NCBI GenBank assembly: GCA_965246885.1
Contig: OZ251992.1
Span: forward strand, 1,788,906 to 1,828,906
Direction: 5' to 3'
Source: Abditibacterium sp.
Lineage (GTDB): Bacteria > Armatimonadota > Abditibacteriia > Abditibacteriales > Abditibacteriaceae
DNA length: 40,001 nt
Part shown: positions 16,289 to 24,486 of the stretch, piece by piece
Layout: every line of letters begins with the position of its first letter
How positions within the stretch are numbered: the stretch's first letter is position 1
Made by a program: the position numbers and the translations under genes
Notes under the pieces: model-generated
What the model was told of the DNA's origin: nothing
Seen by the model: the letters and a program-made list of their open reading frames with translations, nothing else
Database searches by the model: none

Positions 16289-16355
16289 GAGCGGGGCTAC
16301 CGCCCCCTTCCAATCACGGAATGGAGCCGATTGGAAGTGGGCGGTAGCCCCGCTC
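16289..16355. repeat. Second palindromic element built from the same 27-nt unit, with arms in swapped order
   Basis: GAGCGGGGCTACCGCCCCCTTCCAATC (16289-16315), a 13-nt loop, then GATTGGAAGTGGGCGGTAGCCCCGCTC (16329-16355). There is one mismatch. Confidence 0.9.
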
Positions 16356-16501
16356 TACTCCTTCGTCGGTAGGTCGGAGGCCTTGATTGTCCAAGGCTTC
16401 GTCCGATGCGGATTCGGCGCGAATATCATCCAAGCGGCGAATCCCAAAACAAACACGAGAATCGCAACCTGCACCCATTCACCGAAAGTCCAGTGCCTCA
16501 T
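16355..16501 (-). CDS. Unannotated 48-aa single-TM micro-protein coupled to the transaldolase gene
   Basis: My own translation is MRHWTFGEWVQVAILVFVLGFAAWMIFAPNPHRTKPWTIKASDLPTKE. The ATG overlaps the tal TGA (TGATG). In the ORF track it is only the tail of the out-of-frame 16355..17188 ORF. Confidence 0.45.
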   Translation of the reverse strand: MRHWTFGEWVQVAILVFVLGFAAWMIFAPNPHRTKPWTIKASDLPTKE

Positions 16502-17160
16502 CAGTAAGTCCGATTCTCCGCCGGGATTTTGTTCCAGTCGGTGTCGAACAGCTTGAGGCCGATGTCCGTGAGCGGGTTGTTGACCAGCTTTTTGAACAGC
16601 GTAAAGGGCATCGTCGCCACGTCGCTTCCGGCGATGGCAGCTTGTTGGATGTGCAAAGCCGAGCGCGTCGAAGCGGTCAGGATCTGCGTGGCGAACTCGT
16701 AGTTGTCGTAGATCGCGCGAATATCGCGGATCGTGTCCATGCCTTCGCCGCCGATGTCGTCTATGCGGCCCACGAACGGCGAAATGTAAGTCGCGCCGAC
16801 TTTGGCCGCGAGAAGTGCCTGCACCGGCGAGAAGCACAGCGTCACGTTGGTTTTGATGCCCTCTTCGGTGAAGACCTTGACGGCCTTCAAGCCCTCTTGA
16901 GTGAGCGGCACTTTCACGACGACGTTGGGCGCCAAGTCCGCCAAAAAACGGCCCTGACGCAGCATCTCGTCCTTGTGTTCTGCCGTGACTTCCGCCGAAA
17001 CGGGGCCGGAAACGACGCCACAAATCTCCTTCACCAATTCGATGAAGTTGCGATTCGATTTGGCAACGTGCGACGGGTTCGTCGTGATGCCATCGAGTAG
17101 GCCCGTTTCTTGCGCTTCGCGGATTTCGCTGATGTCCGCCGTGTCGAGAAAAAATTTCAT
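16501..17160 (-). CDS. tal: Transaldolase / fructose-6-phosphate aldolase family, short form, 219 aa
   Basis: MKFFLDTADISEIREAQETGLLDGITTNPS...KVPLTQEGLKAVK...TNVTLCFS...YISPFVGRIDD. Confidence 0.9.
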   Translation of the reverse strand: MKFFLDTADISEIREAQETGLLDGITTNPSHVAKSNRNFIELVKEICGVVSGPVSAEVTAEHKDEMLRQGRFLADLAPNVVVKVPLTQEGLKAVKVFTEEGIKTNVTLCFSPVQALLAAKVGATYISPFVGRIDDIGGEGMDTIRDIRAIYDNYEFATQILTASTRSALHIQQAAIAGSDVATMPFTLFKKLVNNPLTDIGLKLFDTDWNKIPAENRTY

Positions 17161-17193
17161 GGTGTCTCCGTTCGTGTCGTCCGCTCAAGCCCT

Positions 17194-17877
17194 TTACGCC
17201 TTAAAAATTTTCAGCAACCCACCGGGTGCGCCGGGGACGGCGCCTTTGACGACGAGCAGGTTGCGCTCGGCGTCCACTTCCACGACCGACAGGCCGAGTT
17301 GCGTGACCGTCGCGTCGCCCATGTGACCGGGGCGGCGGGCGCCGGGAAAGGTGCGGGCCGGGTCGGTCGCGCCGTTCGAGGCGGGTTTGCGGTGGATTTT
17401 GGCGCCGTGCGAGCCGCCTTGTCCGCGAAAGTTGTGGCGCTTCATGGCGCCCGCAAAGCCGCGTCCCTTGCTTTTGCCCTGCACTTTGATGTCGTCGCCA
17501 GCCGTGAAAATGTCGGCAACCGTCAAGGACGCGCCGGGAGCGGGTTCTTCGCCGTCGCCTTCCAAGCGGAACTCGCCCAGAAAGCGCGTCGGCGTCGCGC
17601 CGCCATTGCGGGCAAAGTGGCCCGCGACGGGTTTCGACGCTTCGCCTTTACCTCTGTGCCCCGCATCGCCGCGCTTGATTTTGGTCTCTTTGCGCGCCGC
17701 CTTCTTTTCGACGTAGCCCAGTTGCACGGCGTCGTAGCCGTCCTTTTCCTCGGTCTTGCGCTGCACAACAGCGCACGGCCCGCACTCGATAATCGTCACG
17801 GGGACGACGTTGCCTTCAGGCGTAAACACTTGCGTCATGCCGACTTTGCGGCCCAATAATCCATTAACAGTTGCCAT
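17194..17877 (-). CDS. rplC: 50S ribosomal protein L3
   Basis: GLLGRKVGMTQVF...VPVTIIECGPCAVVQ...FRGQGGSHG. Confidence 0.95.
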   Translation of the reverse strand: MATVNGLLGRKVGMTQVFTPEGNVVPVTIIECGPCAVVQRKTEEKDGYDAVQLGYVEKKAARKETKIKRGDAGHRGKGEASKPVAGHFARNGGATPTRFLGEFRLEGDGEEPAPGASLTVADIFTAGDDIKVQGKSKGRGFAGAMKRHNFRGQGGSHGAKIHRKPASNGATDPARTFPGARRPGHMGDATVTQLGLSVVEVDAERNLLVVKGAVPGAPGGLLKIFKA

Positions 17878-17930
17878 TTGATTCTCCAGAGGTCAGCCCG
17901 CGAGTGCGGGGTAGACGTTCGATGCCGTCG

Positions 17931-18233
17931 TTACAGCTTGATTTGAATATCCACGCCGCTCGGCAGGTTCAGGTTCGTGAGTTCCGTGATGGTGCGCGGG
18001 TCGGGGTCAATGATGTCAATCAAGCGTTTGTGCGTCCTCATCTCGAAGTGTTCCATTGATTCCTTGTCAACGAACGGCGAGCGGATAACGCAGTAGATGC
18101 TTTTGTCGGTCGGAAGCGGAACTGGCCCGCTTAAGCGCGAGCCAGTGCGCCGCGCCGTAGTTACGATTTGCTGCGCCGTCTGGTCGAGCAATTTATGATC
18201 GAAGGCGCGCAGCTTGATGCGAATTTTTTCCAT
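17931..18233 (-). CDS. rpsJ: 30S ribosomal protein S10
   Basis: [18 protein letters not shown]...GPVPLPT...[24 protein letters not shown]. Confidence 0.95.
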   Translation of the reverse strand: MEKIRIKLRAFDHKLLDQTAQQIVTTARRTGSRLSGPVPLPTDKSIYCVIRSPFVDKESMEHFEMRTHKRLIDIIDPDPRTITELTNLNLPSGVDIQIKL

Positions 18234-18271
18234 GTGTGATGTTCAACCTTGCGCCGACGTGCGCGCAAATT

Positions 18272-18541
18272 TCAACTCGTCTCCTCTGTCATTTCGAAAG
18301 GAGCTATGCGACTTGAGGAATCCACCTGCGCCCCGTCATTAGTTCCATTGGCGCTCGACTGTCCGCCCTTGTTGTAACGGGCCATCAGTCGCCGCTTGCG
18401 CTTTTCATCCAATTCCGCCCGCAGTTCATCGGCACGAGGGCTGTCCTCTCCACCGAGAATGACCTCACCGGTCTCCTCATCTTCATAAAGGATGGGCCGC
18501 GATAAATCTGGGATGACTCGCATAACTTCGCTCGCTGACAA
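18272..18541 (-). CDS. Possible small acidic protein (83-89 aa), or an S10-operon leader region
   Basis: Open frame from TTG 18541 (GAGGAA just upstream) or ATG 18523. It lies between the tuf terminator and rpsJ. No recognised domain, and coding status is uncertain. Confidence 0.35.
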   Translation of the reverse strand: MSASEVMRVIPDLSRPILYEDEETGEVILGGEDSPRADELRAELDEKRKRRLMARYNKGGQSSANGTNDGAQVDSSSRIAPFEMTEETS

Positions 18542-18598
18542 GATTCCTCTGCTCGCTTAAGCTCGCCTCGGAATGACAGGGATGGTGGTAAAGACGCG

Positions 18599-18643
18599 AA
18601 AAGGCCGGTGCGCCCCGCATTGAATCGCGGCCACCGGCCTTTT
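18599..18643 (-). terminator. Intrinsic terminator after tuf
   Basis: On the minus strand, AAAAGGCCGGTG, a 21-nt loop, then CACCGGCCTTTT, starting 10 nt after the tuf stop. Confidence 0.65.
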
Positions 18644-18652
18644 GCTCTGCCT

Positions 18653-19843
<1,191 letters not shown>

Positions 19844-19940
19844 CTCAGTTTTGATTTCCTTGGGCAGCCCAAAAGCCGCCGAATTTGTGTCTCGCCGTGT
19901 TTCCCGCGCGCCGTGCGAAGAGGAAATGGCCCCGTCTGGG

Positions 19941-19991
19941 AACAATAAAAAACCCTTCGCCTCCCCTGAAACAGACGAGCGTGCGAAGGGT
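19941..19991 (-). terminator. Terminator-like hairpin with U-tract, ~100 nt upstream of the tuf ATG
   Basis: On the minus strand, ACCCTTCGC, a 22-nt loop, then GCGAAGGGT followed by TTTTTATTGTT. Confidence 0.5.
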
Positions 19992-20069
19992 AAAATACCT
20001 TTCTAACACGCCGACAGTATCCGCGAAGGACTTACCGACGAGAGGGCATCTGCGAGACGCCAACGGAAA

Positions 20070-20098
20070 ATTATACGGGTTTCCGCCGCGCGCAACAA
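20070..20098 (-). promoter_or_regulatory. Sigma-70-like promoter candidate
   Basis: On the minus strand, TTGTTG (20098-20093), a 17-nt spacer, then a perfect TATAAT (20075-20070). This is pattern matching only. Confidence 0.3.
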
Positions 20099-20108
20099 GG
20101 GCAAGGTT

Positions 20109-20879
20109 TCATTTGGCCCCATCAGCTTCAAAAGTGACGCGCGGAAAGGTAGGCTTCAGCAAGCGAATGTGGTTTGTCGAGTTCGGCTGAATTTGCTCCA
20201 TCAAGGCGAAAAGCCAACGCCGCCGCGTTTCGTCGTCTTGGTTTGGTCGCATAAGAACGGGCCATCGGCGTGGCCATTCGGGTGTGGGCTTTAGCGAACT
20301 CCAAGGACGATCCAAAAGCACCACAAAAAACTGCGCTTCTTCCCCCTCTTTACGCGGCCACGAAAGTTCAGCATAAGCGCACTGCCCCTGTCTTTCCCAA
20401 ACGAGAAGCATTTCACGCTTATCGTCTGCGCCTGCCGAAATTCCATAACCCGTAGGGGCACCCATATCGAACAGCACCTGCTTGAGGGGCTTTGACAGGA
20501 CATTTGCTTCCTCGGAAATATGCCTCAGTTGGTAGAGGCTAAAATCTGCCCCAGCTTGGATTCGGATGAGCTTTCTTTGCGAGAAGAAAAATAGGCCATA
20601 CGAAAAAGGCGCGCCATCCAAATCTAAAGCGAGCAAAGCCTCGCTTCGTTTGGCAGCACGGTCTAATTTTTGTTTGGCGGTCAAAAGGCTCCTGTTGTTG
20701 CCATTGTTGTAACCGCCATCAAAAACCCCTGCTTTAGGATGCGCCTTCAAAAACTCCTCCCATCCCTGCCCCAACTTCACCCCGTTAAACGAAAGCGACG
20801 GCGCCGCTTCACTATGCGCGACGCGCGCGAAGCCACAACCAAGAATGAGAGAAAGAAGGAAAGCGGCGCGGTGCAACAT
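20109..20879 (-). CDS. Hypothetical secreted protein, 256 aa
   Basis: Signal-like MLHRAAFLLSLILGCGFARVAHS. GC looks lower than neighbours. No recognised domain. Confidence 0.6.
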   Translation of the reverse strand: MLHRAAFLLSLILGCGFARVAHSEAAPSLSFNGVKLGQGWEEFLKAHPKAGVFDGGYNNGNNRSLLTAKQKLDRAAKRSEALLALDLDGAPFSYGLFFFSQRKLIRIQAGADFSLYQLRHISEEANVLSKPLKQVLFDMGAPTGYGISAGADDKREMLLVWERQGQCAYAELSWPRKEGEEAQFFVVLLDRPWSSLKPTPEWPRRWPVLMRPNQDDETRRRWLFALMEQIQPNSTNHIRLLKPTFPRVTFEADGAK

Positions 20880-20906
20880 AGGTGGTCTTATTTTAGGCGG
20901 TGCCGC

Positions 20907-22178
20907 TCACATCTCGCCTACCGCATAAACCTCTATGGCCGAGTCACCTTGCGGACGGCGCGCAATGGTATCGGGGCCGGGGCCGGAATTGGGGATAAGC
21001 GGGTACGCCACGCGCTCTTGGCGCACCAAAGCGAATCGGCTCCCATCGGGCGAGAAGCAACCGACGCCATCCGCTTCGGCTTGGAGGGTCGTTGGCCAAG
21101 GGAAGGGGTCGTCCGAATAGTAGATGCGCGCGGCGATGGTGCCACTGCCGCGCGTATAAAAGACGGCTTCCTTGCCCAGCGTCACGACCGTGTGGCCATC
21201 GGGCGAAAAAAGCGTTGTCCAGCCGCTATCTACCTGCGACGTGTACGGCCAGCGATAGATGTAGTAGGGCCACTCGTAGCGGTAGGTGTCCCAGTAATAA
21301 TAAGGCACATGATAGGGCGCGATTGCGGCTTTGGTTTCGCCCGTCTCGAAAGTAACGAGGTGCATCTCGCCCTTGACGACCGATAGCGCCGTCCCATCGG
21401 GCGACTGCGCGACCGAAAAGCCGCTAATGGCGCCCAAGTCCACCGGAGTCGTGCGGCTGCCATCCGCCAGCTTGTAGTCGCTCCAGAAACACTGCGAGCC
21501 GGAGGGGTTGCCAACGACGCAGCGCACCGATGCCCCGCGACTCCGGAGCGAGGTGATGGGAAGCAAGCCGTTGGGTTTCTCCCACACGACCTTGCCATCG
21601 AGAGCGCCGCGCTCCTGCACGAAGTGGGTGGAGCCGCGCTTAGCCGCGCACACCACGCCCTCACCTCCAACGACCGCGATGTTGTAAACATCCGGCGCCG
21701 TCCACAGACGCACTGGCGACCCCTCAAAAGCAACGCCGCCCGGCCAACCCCACACCATCAGCCCCCGCGCCCCGCAGAAGAACAGTTGCTTGCCGTCGTC
21801 GGAAAAAGCGAGAACGTGGCGCAGTGGCGGGCGGTCTTCAAAGAGCTTGCCCGCTTCTTTGGCGCCGTCCCAAACGACGGTGCGCCCGCCCGTTGCATTG
21901 AAAAGCGCCACAGAAGTTGGAGTCGCCGCCGCCAAAAAGTCGCCGTTCGGCGAAAAGCACAGCGCCGACACCCGCCCGCTCATCGCCACCGCCACAACGC
22001 GCGACAAGTCGCCCTCCACGTGGGTTTCAAAACGCTGAGCGCGCGTAACAGTCGCGCCCGGCGACTCCCGAAACTGCGCCGATGCAGGTATGCACAAGCT
22101 CAGGGGTAAAAGAAGAAGCAGAAAAAAGCGTTTCACAATACGGGGCGCAAGTATCCCGCACCTTCGACGAATCTGCAC
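20907..22178 (-). CDS. Secreted beta-propeller-like repeat protein (WD40/TolB-like)
   Basis: Hydrophobic signal FFLLLLLPLSLCIPASA. Recurrent FSP(D/N)G-type blades: CFSPNGDFLAAA, AFSDDGKQLFF, QSPDGTALSVV, LFSPDGHTVVTL, CFSPDGSRFALV. The start is uncertain (GTG 22178 or GTG 22136). Confidence 0.6.
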   Translation of the reverse strand: MQIRRRCGILAPRIVKRFFLLLLLPLSLCIPASAQFRESPGATVTRAQRFETHVEGDLSRVVAVAMSGRVSALCFSPNGDFLAAATPTSVALFNATGGRTVVWDGAKEAGKLFEDRPPLRHVLAFSDDGKQLFFCGARGLMVWGWPGGVAFEGSPVRLWTAPDVYNIAVVGGEGVVCAAKRGSTHFVQERGALDGKVVWEKPNGLLPITSLRSRGASVRCVVGNPSGSQCFWSDYKLADGSRTTPVDLGAISGFSVAQSPDGTALSVVKGEMHLVTFETGETKAAIAPYHVPYYYWDTYRYEWPYYIYRWPYTSQVDSGWTTLFSPDGHTVVTLGKEAVFYTRGSGTIAARIYYSDDPFPWPTTLQAEADGVGCFSPDGSRFALVRQERVAYPLIPNSGPGPDTIARRPQGDSAIEVYAVGEM

Positions 22179-22258
22179 CGCCTACTTAAGCGCCCTTCCT
22201 TGTTAACTGTATGAGTTTAAACAACTCATACTGTGTATCACGCGGGTCTGGTATGGCT

Positions 22259-22603
22259 TTATCTCCTCAACTCGCGCCGCCATTTAACTAACTCCTGCGC
22301 GCCCTGCGGCGTTCGGGGCTTCCAACCGCCCGCGTCACAGCCGCAGCCTTGATAACGGATTCCGGCGTTCACTAAAATTTGCGCCGCCGCCCATGCCTTT
22401 AAGTCGCCTTGTTTAGGCACTTGGAAGTCCATGCCAATGTCGAACATCCGCGCCCCACATTGGGGACACGCAGCCATCCGTTTGCCGTGTTCCTCTTTTC
22501 GGGGTTTTTGTGCCATCTCGCTTTCGATGGGCAACCGGAAGCTCTTGCGACACGAGAAGCACGCGAAGCGCGGTTTGTATACATGGGAAGCGTAGCGGCA
22601 CAT
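22259..22603 (-). CDS. Small zinc-ribbon protein (CxxC...CxxC), start uncertain
   Basis: YKPRFACFSCRKSF...CPQCGARMFDIGMDFQVPKQGDLKAW...GCGCDAGGWKPRT. The ATG at 22603 lacks an RBS. See the finding about the ATGA-coupled ATG at 22689 in another frame. Confidence 0.5.
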   Translation of the reverse strand: MCRYASHVYKPRFACFSCRKSFRLPIESEMAQKPRKEEHGKRMAACPQCGARMFDIGMDFQVPKQGDLKAWAAAQILVNAGIRYQGCGCDAGGWKPRTPQGAQELVKWRRELRR

Positions 22604-22685
22604 GAGCAAGAGTAACGCGCGAAGCAGAGCGTAGGTTCGGCTTCCTCCAAAGCGTCGAAAATTTCTTCGGCTAAGGGTGCGATGT

Positions 22686-23333
22686 TCATGGGAAGTGCTT
22701 AAACTCAGTCGTCCCTCGCGTAGCGAGGGCAGGGGATGACCAGATGCGCCACAGTATCCAGCCGCCCCACGCGAGGGCGGCGAGGAGAAGAAGCGCGGCT
22801 TCCCCCCGGCACATCCAAGCGAGGGTAATGTCAAAACGCAACAGGCCCAGATGCTCCAACAGGTAATGCCAGTCGTGAATGGGTTCGCTGCCGTCGAGCG
22901 CGGCGCCGAGAGATGTTAGCTCCAAGTGTTGCGCGCGGGCGTCGGCGATGTAGTTCGCCAGATTGAACGCGCTCGATGCCAGCCAATAGCCGCCCACGCA
23001 CAGCGCGAAGTAGTCGCGTTGCCGCACCCACATCCACAGCGCGATGAGCGGCGCGGCGAGTTGCGCGATGCTGCCGCCCGCTATCCCCAAAAACTCGCCC
23101 AACGGCCCAAACACCACATGCCCCAACTCATGCACGCCGAACGTGAGCAGAGCGAAGATGTCGGTTGCTTCGGTTGACAGCAAGTGGTGCACGCCCGACC
23201 ACACCAAAAACGCCCACAACGGCGCGCGCCACACGAGCGAGGCTTTGGGTTGCGCCGCGCACCACGCGAGGGCATCCCGCTTTAGCTCGCGGGGCCATGC
23301 GCGGAGGCTGAGAGGTGGAAGGCTTTCGTTCAT
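22686..23333 (-). CDS. Polytopic membrane protein with an HExxH motif, a putative intramembrane metalloprotease-like protein
   Basis: ATG at 23333 with AGGAG 7 nt upstream. GVHELGHVVF sits in a hydrophobic segment. Several predicted TM helices. Confidence 0.55.
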   Translation of the reverse strand: MNESLPPLSLRAWPRELKRDALAWCAAQPKASLVWRAPLWAFLVWSGVHHLLSTEATDIFALLTFGVHELGHVVFGPLGEFLGIAGGSIAQLAAPLIALWMWVRQRDYFALCVGGYWLASSAFNLANYIADARAQHLELTSLGAALDGSEPIHDWHYLLEHLGLLRFDITLAWMCRGEAALLLLAALAWGGWILWRIWSSPALATRGTTEFKHFP

Positions 23334-23394
23334 CGGGAAACTCCTGTTGTCCAATAACTTTGGCGCTTATCTTGCCAAAGTCTCGCGCTTTTGT

Positions 23395-24486
23395 ATGCAA
23401 TCCAACCAGATGCGCCGGGGCCTCGTTCCCGGCCTCGCTGCCCTTGCCCTTGTCGGAAGTGTCGCCCATGCGCAGGTCATCATGCCCGCGCACCTCACCG
23501 GAAAGCCCGACCCGCAGATGAAAGCGGTCTTGACTTCGCTCAAAGAGTTAGGTGCCAAGCCGCTTCACACCCTCAACTACAAGCAGGCCCGCCTTCAAGC
23601 GGGGCCGCCCGACGCCGTGAAGCGCACCTTGCAAAAGCAGGGCAAGCCGACGACGCCCGAAGTCGTGGACAGCGTGCGCGACGTGCGCATCAGCACGAGC
23701 CAAGGTCCGGTGACTGTCCGTTTGTATCGTCCGATGGGTTCGGGTAAAGCCAAACTGCCCGTTATCGTCTACTTTCACGGCGGCGGTTTCGTGATTGCGT
23801 CGGTGGCCGCTTACGACTCCTCGTGCCGCGCCTTGGCCAATGCGACGGGCGCCCTCGTTGCTGCCGTTGCTTACGACCTCGCGCCGGAACGCCGCTTGCC
23901 CGTCGCGCACGAGGAGTGCTACTCCGTCACGCAAGCGATGATTAATGGCGGCGCCGAGCAATACGGCGGCGATTCCAAGAAGGTCGCCGTCGCGGGCGAG
24001 TCGGCGGGTGGACAACTGGCCATTGACATGTCGTTCATGGCGCAAATGCGCGGCGGCAAAAAGCCGGTTTATGAGTTGCTCGTGTATCCGTTCATCAACG
24101 GCAAGACGATTTATCCCTCGCACCGCCAATTTAAGAAGCAAGCGCCGCTTTCGACGCCCGACATCCCTTGGTTTTTGGGCTATGCGCTTCCCAACAAAGC
24201 CCTTGCCAAGTCGCCGCTCGCGCAACCGCTTTACGCTCCGACGGCGCTCCTCAAAGGCTTGCCGCCGACGACCATCGTGGCGGCGGAACTCGACCCGCTC
24301 ATGAGCGAGGGTGTCTTATTTACCAAGAAACTCCAAGCGGCGGGTGTGCCGGTTCGTTACAAGCTGTATCCCGGCGTCACGCACGAGTTTTTCGGTATGG
24401 GCGCGGTGGTGGACAAAGCCAAAGACGCCGTTGCCTTTGGCGCGCAGGGGCTAAAAATGGGTTTTACGATGAAAATCAAGCCGTGA
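23395..24486 (+). CDS. Secreted alpha/beta-hydrolase, hormone-sensitive-lipase-like esterase family
   Basis: Signal-like N-terminus. The HGGG oxyanion motif is in VIVYFHGGGFV and the nucleophile elbow in GESAGGQLA. Start is ATG 23395 or 23410. Confidence 0.85.
   Translation: MQSNQMRRGLVPGLAALALVGSVAHAQVIMPAHLTGKPDPQMKAVLTSLKELGAKPLHTLNYKQARLQAGPPDAVKRTLQKQGKPTTPEVVDSVRDVRISTSQGPVTVRLYRPMGSGKAKLPVIVYFHGGGFVIASVAAYDSSCRALANATGALVAAVAYDLAPERRLPVAHEECYSVTQAMINGGAEQYGGDSKKVAVAGESAGGQLAIDMSFMAQMRGGKKPVYELLVYPFINGKTIYPSHRQFKKQAPLSTPDIPWFLGYALPNKALAKSPLAQPLYAPTALLKGLPPTTIVAAELDPLMSEGVLFTKKLQAAGVPVRYKLYPGVTHEFFGMGAVVDKAKDAVAFGAQGLKMGFTMKIKP

Noticed and set aside
16355-17188. 277-aa minus-strand ORF spanning the transaldolase gene
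   Set aside because: It is out of frame with the clear transaldolase sequence and is Arg/His-rich. Only its last 48 codons, after the tal stop, are plausible and are reported as a micro-ORF.
19844-20108. A tRNA gene or secE-nusG-type genes upstream of tuf
   Set aside because: I could not fold any cloverleaf, and there is no T-loop GTTCGAATC-type motif in this spacer. It contains only the promoter-like and terminator-like signals reported above.
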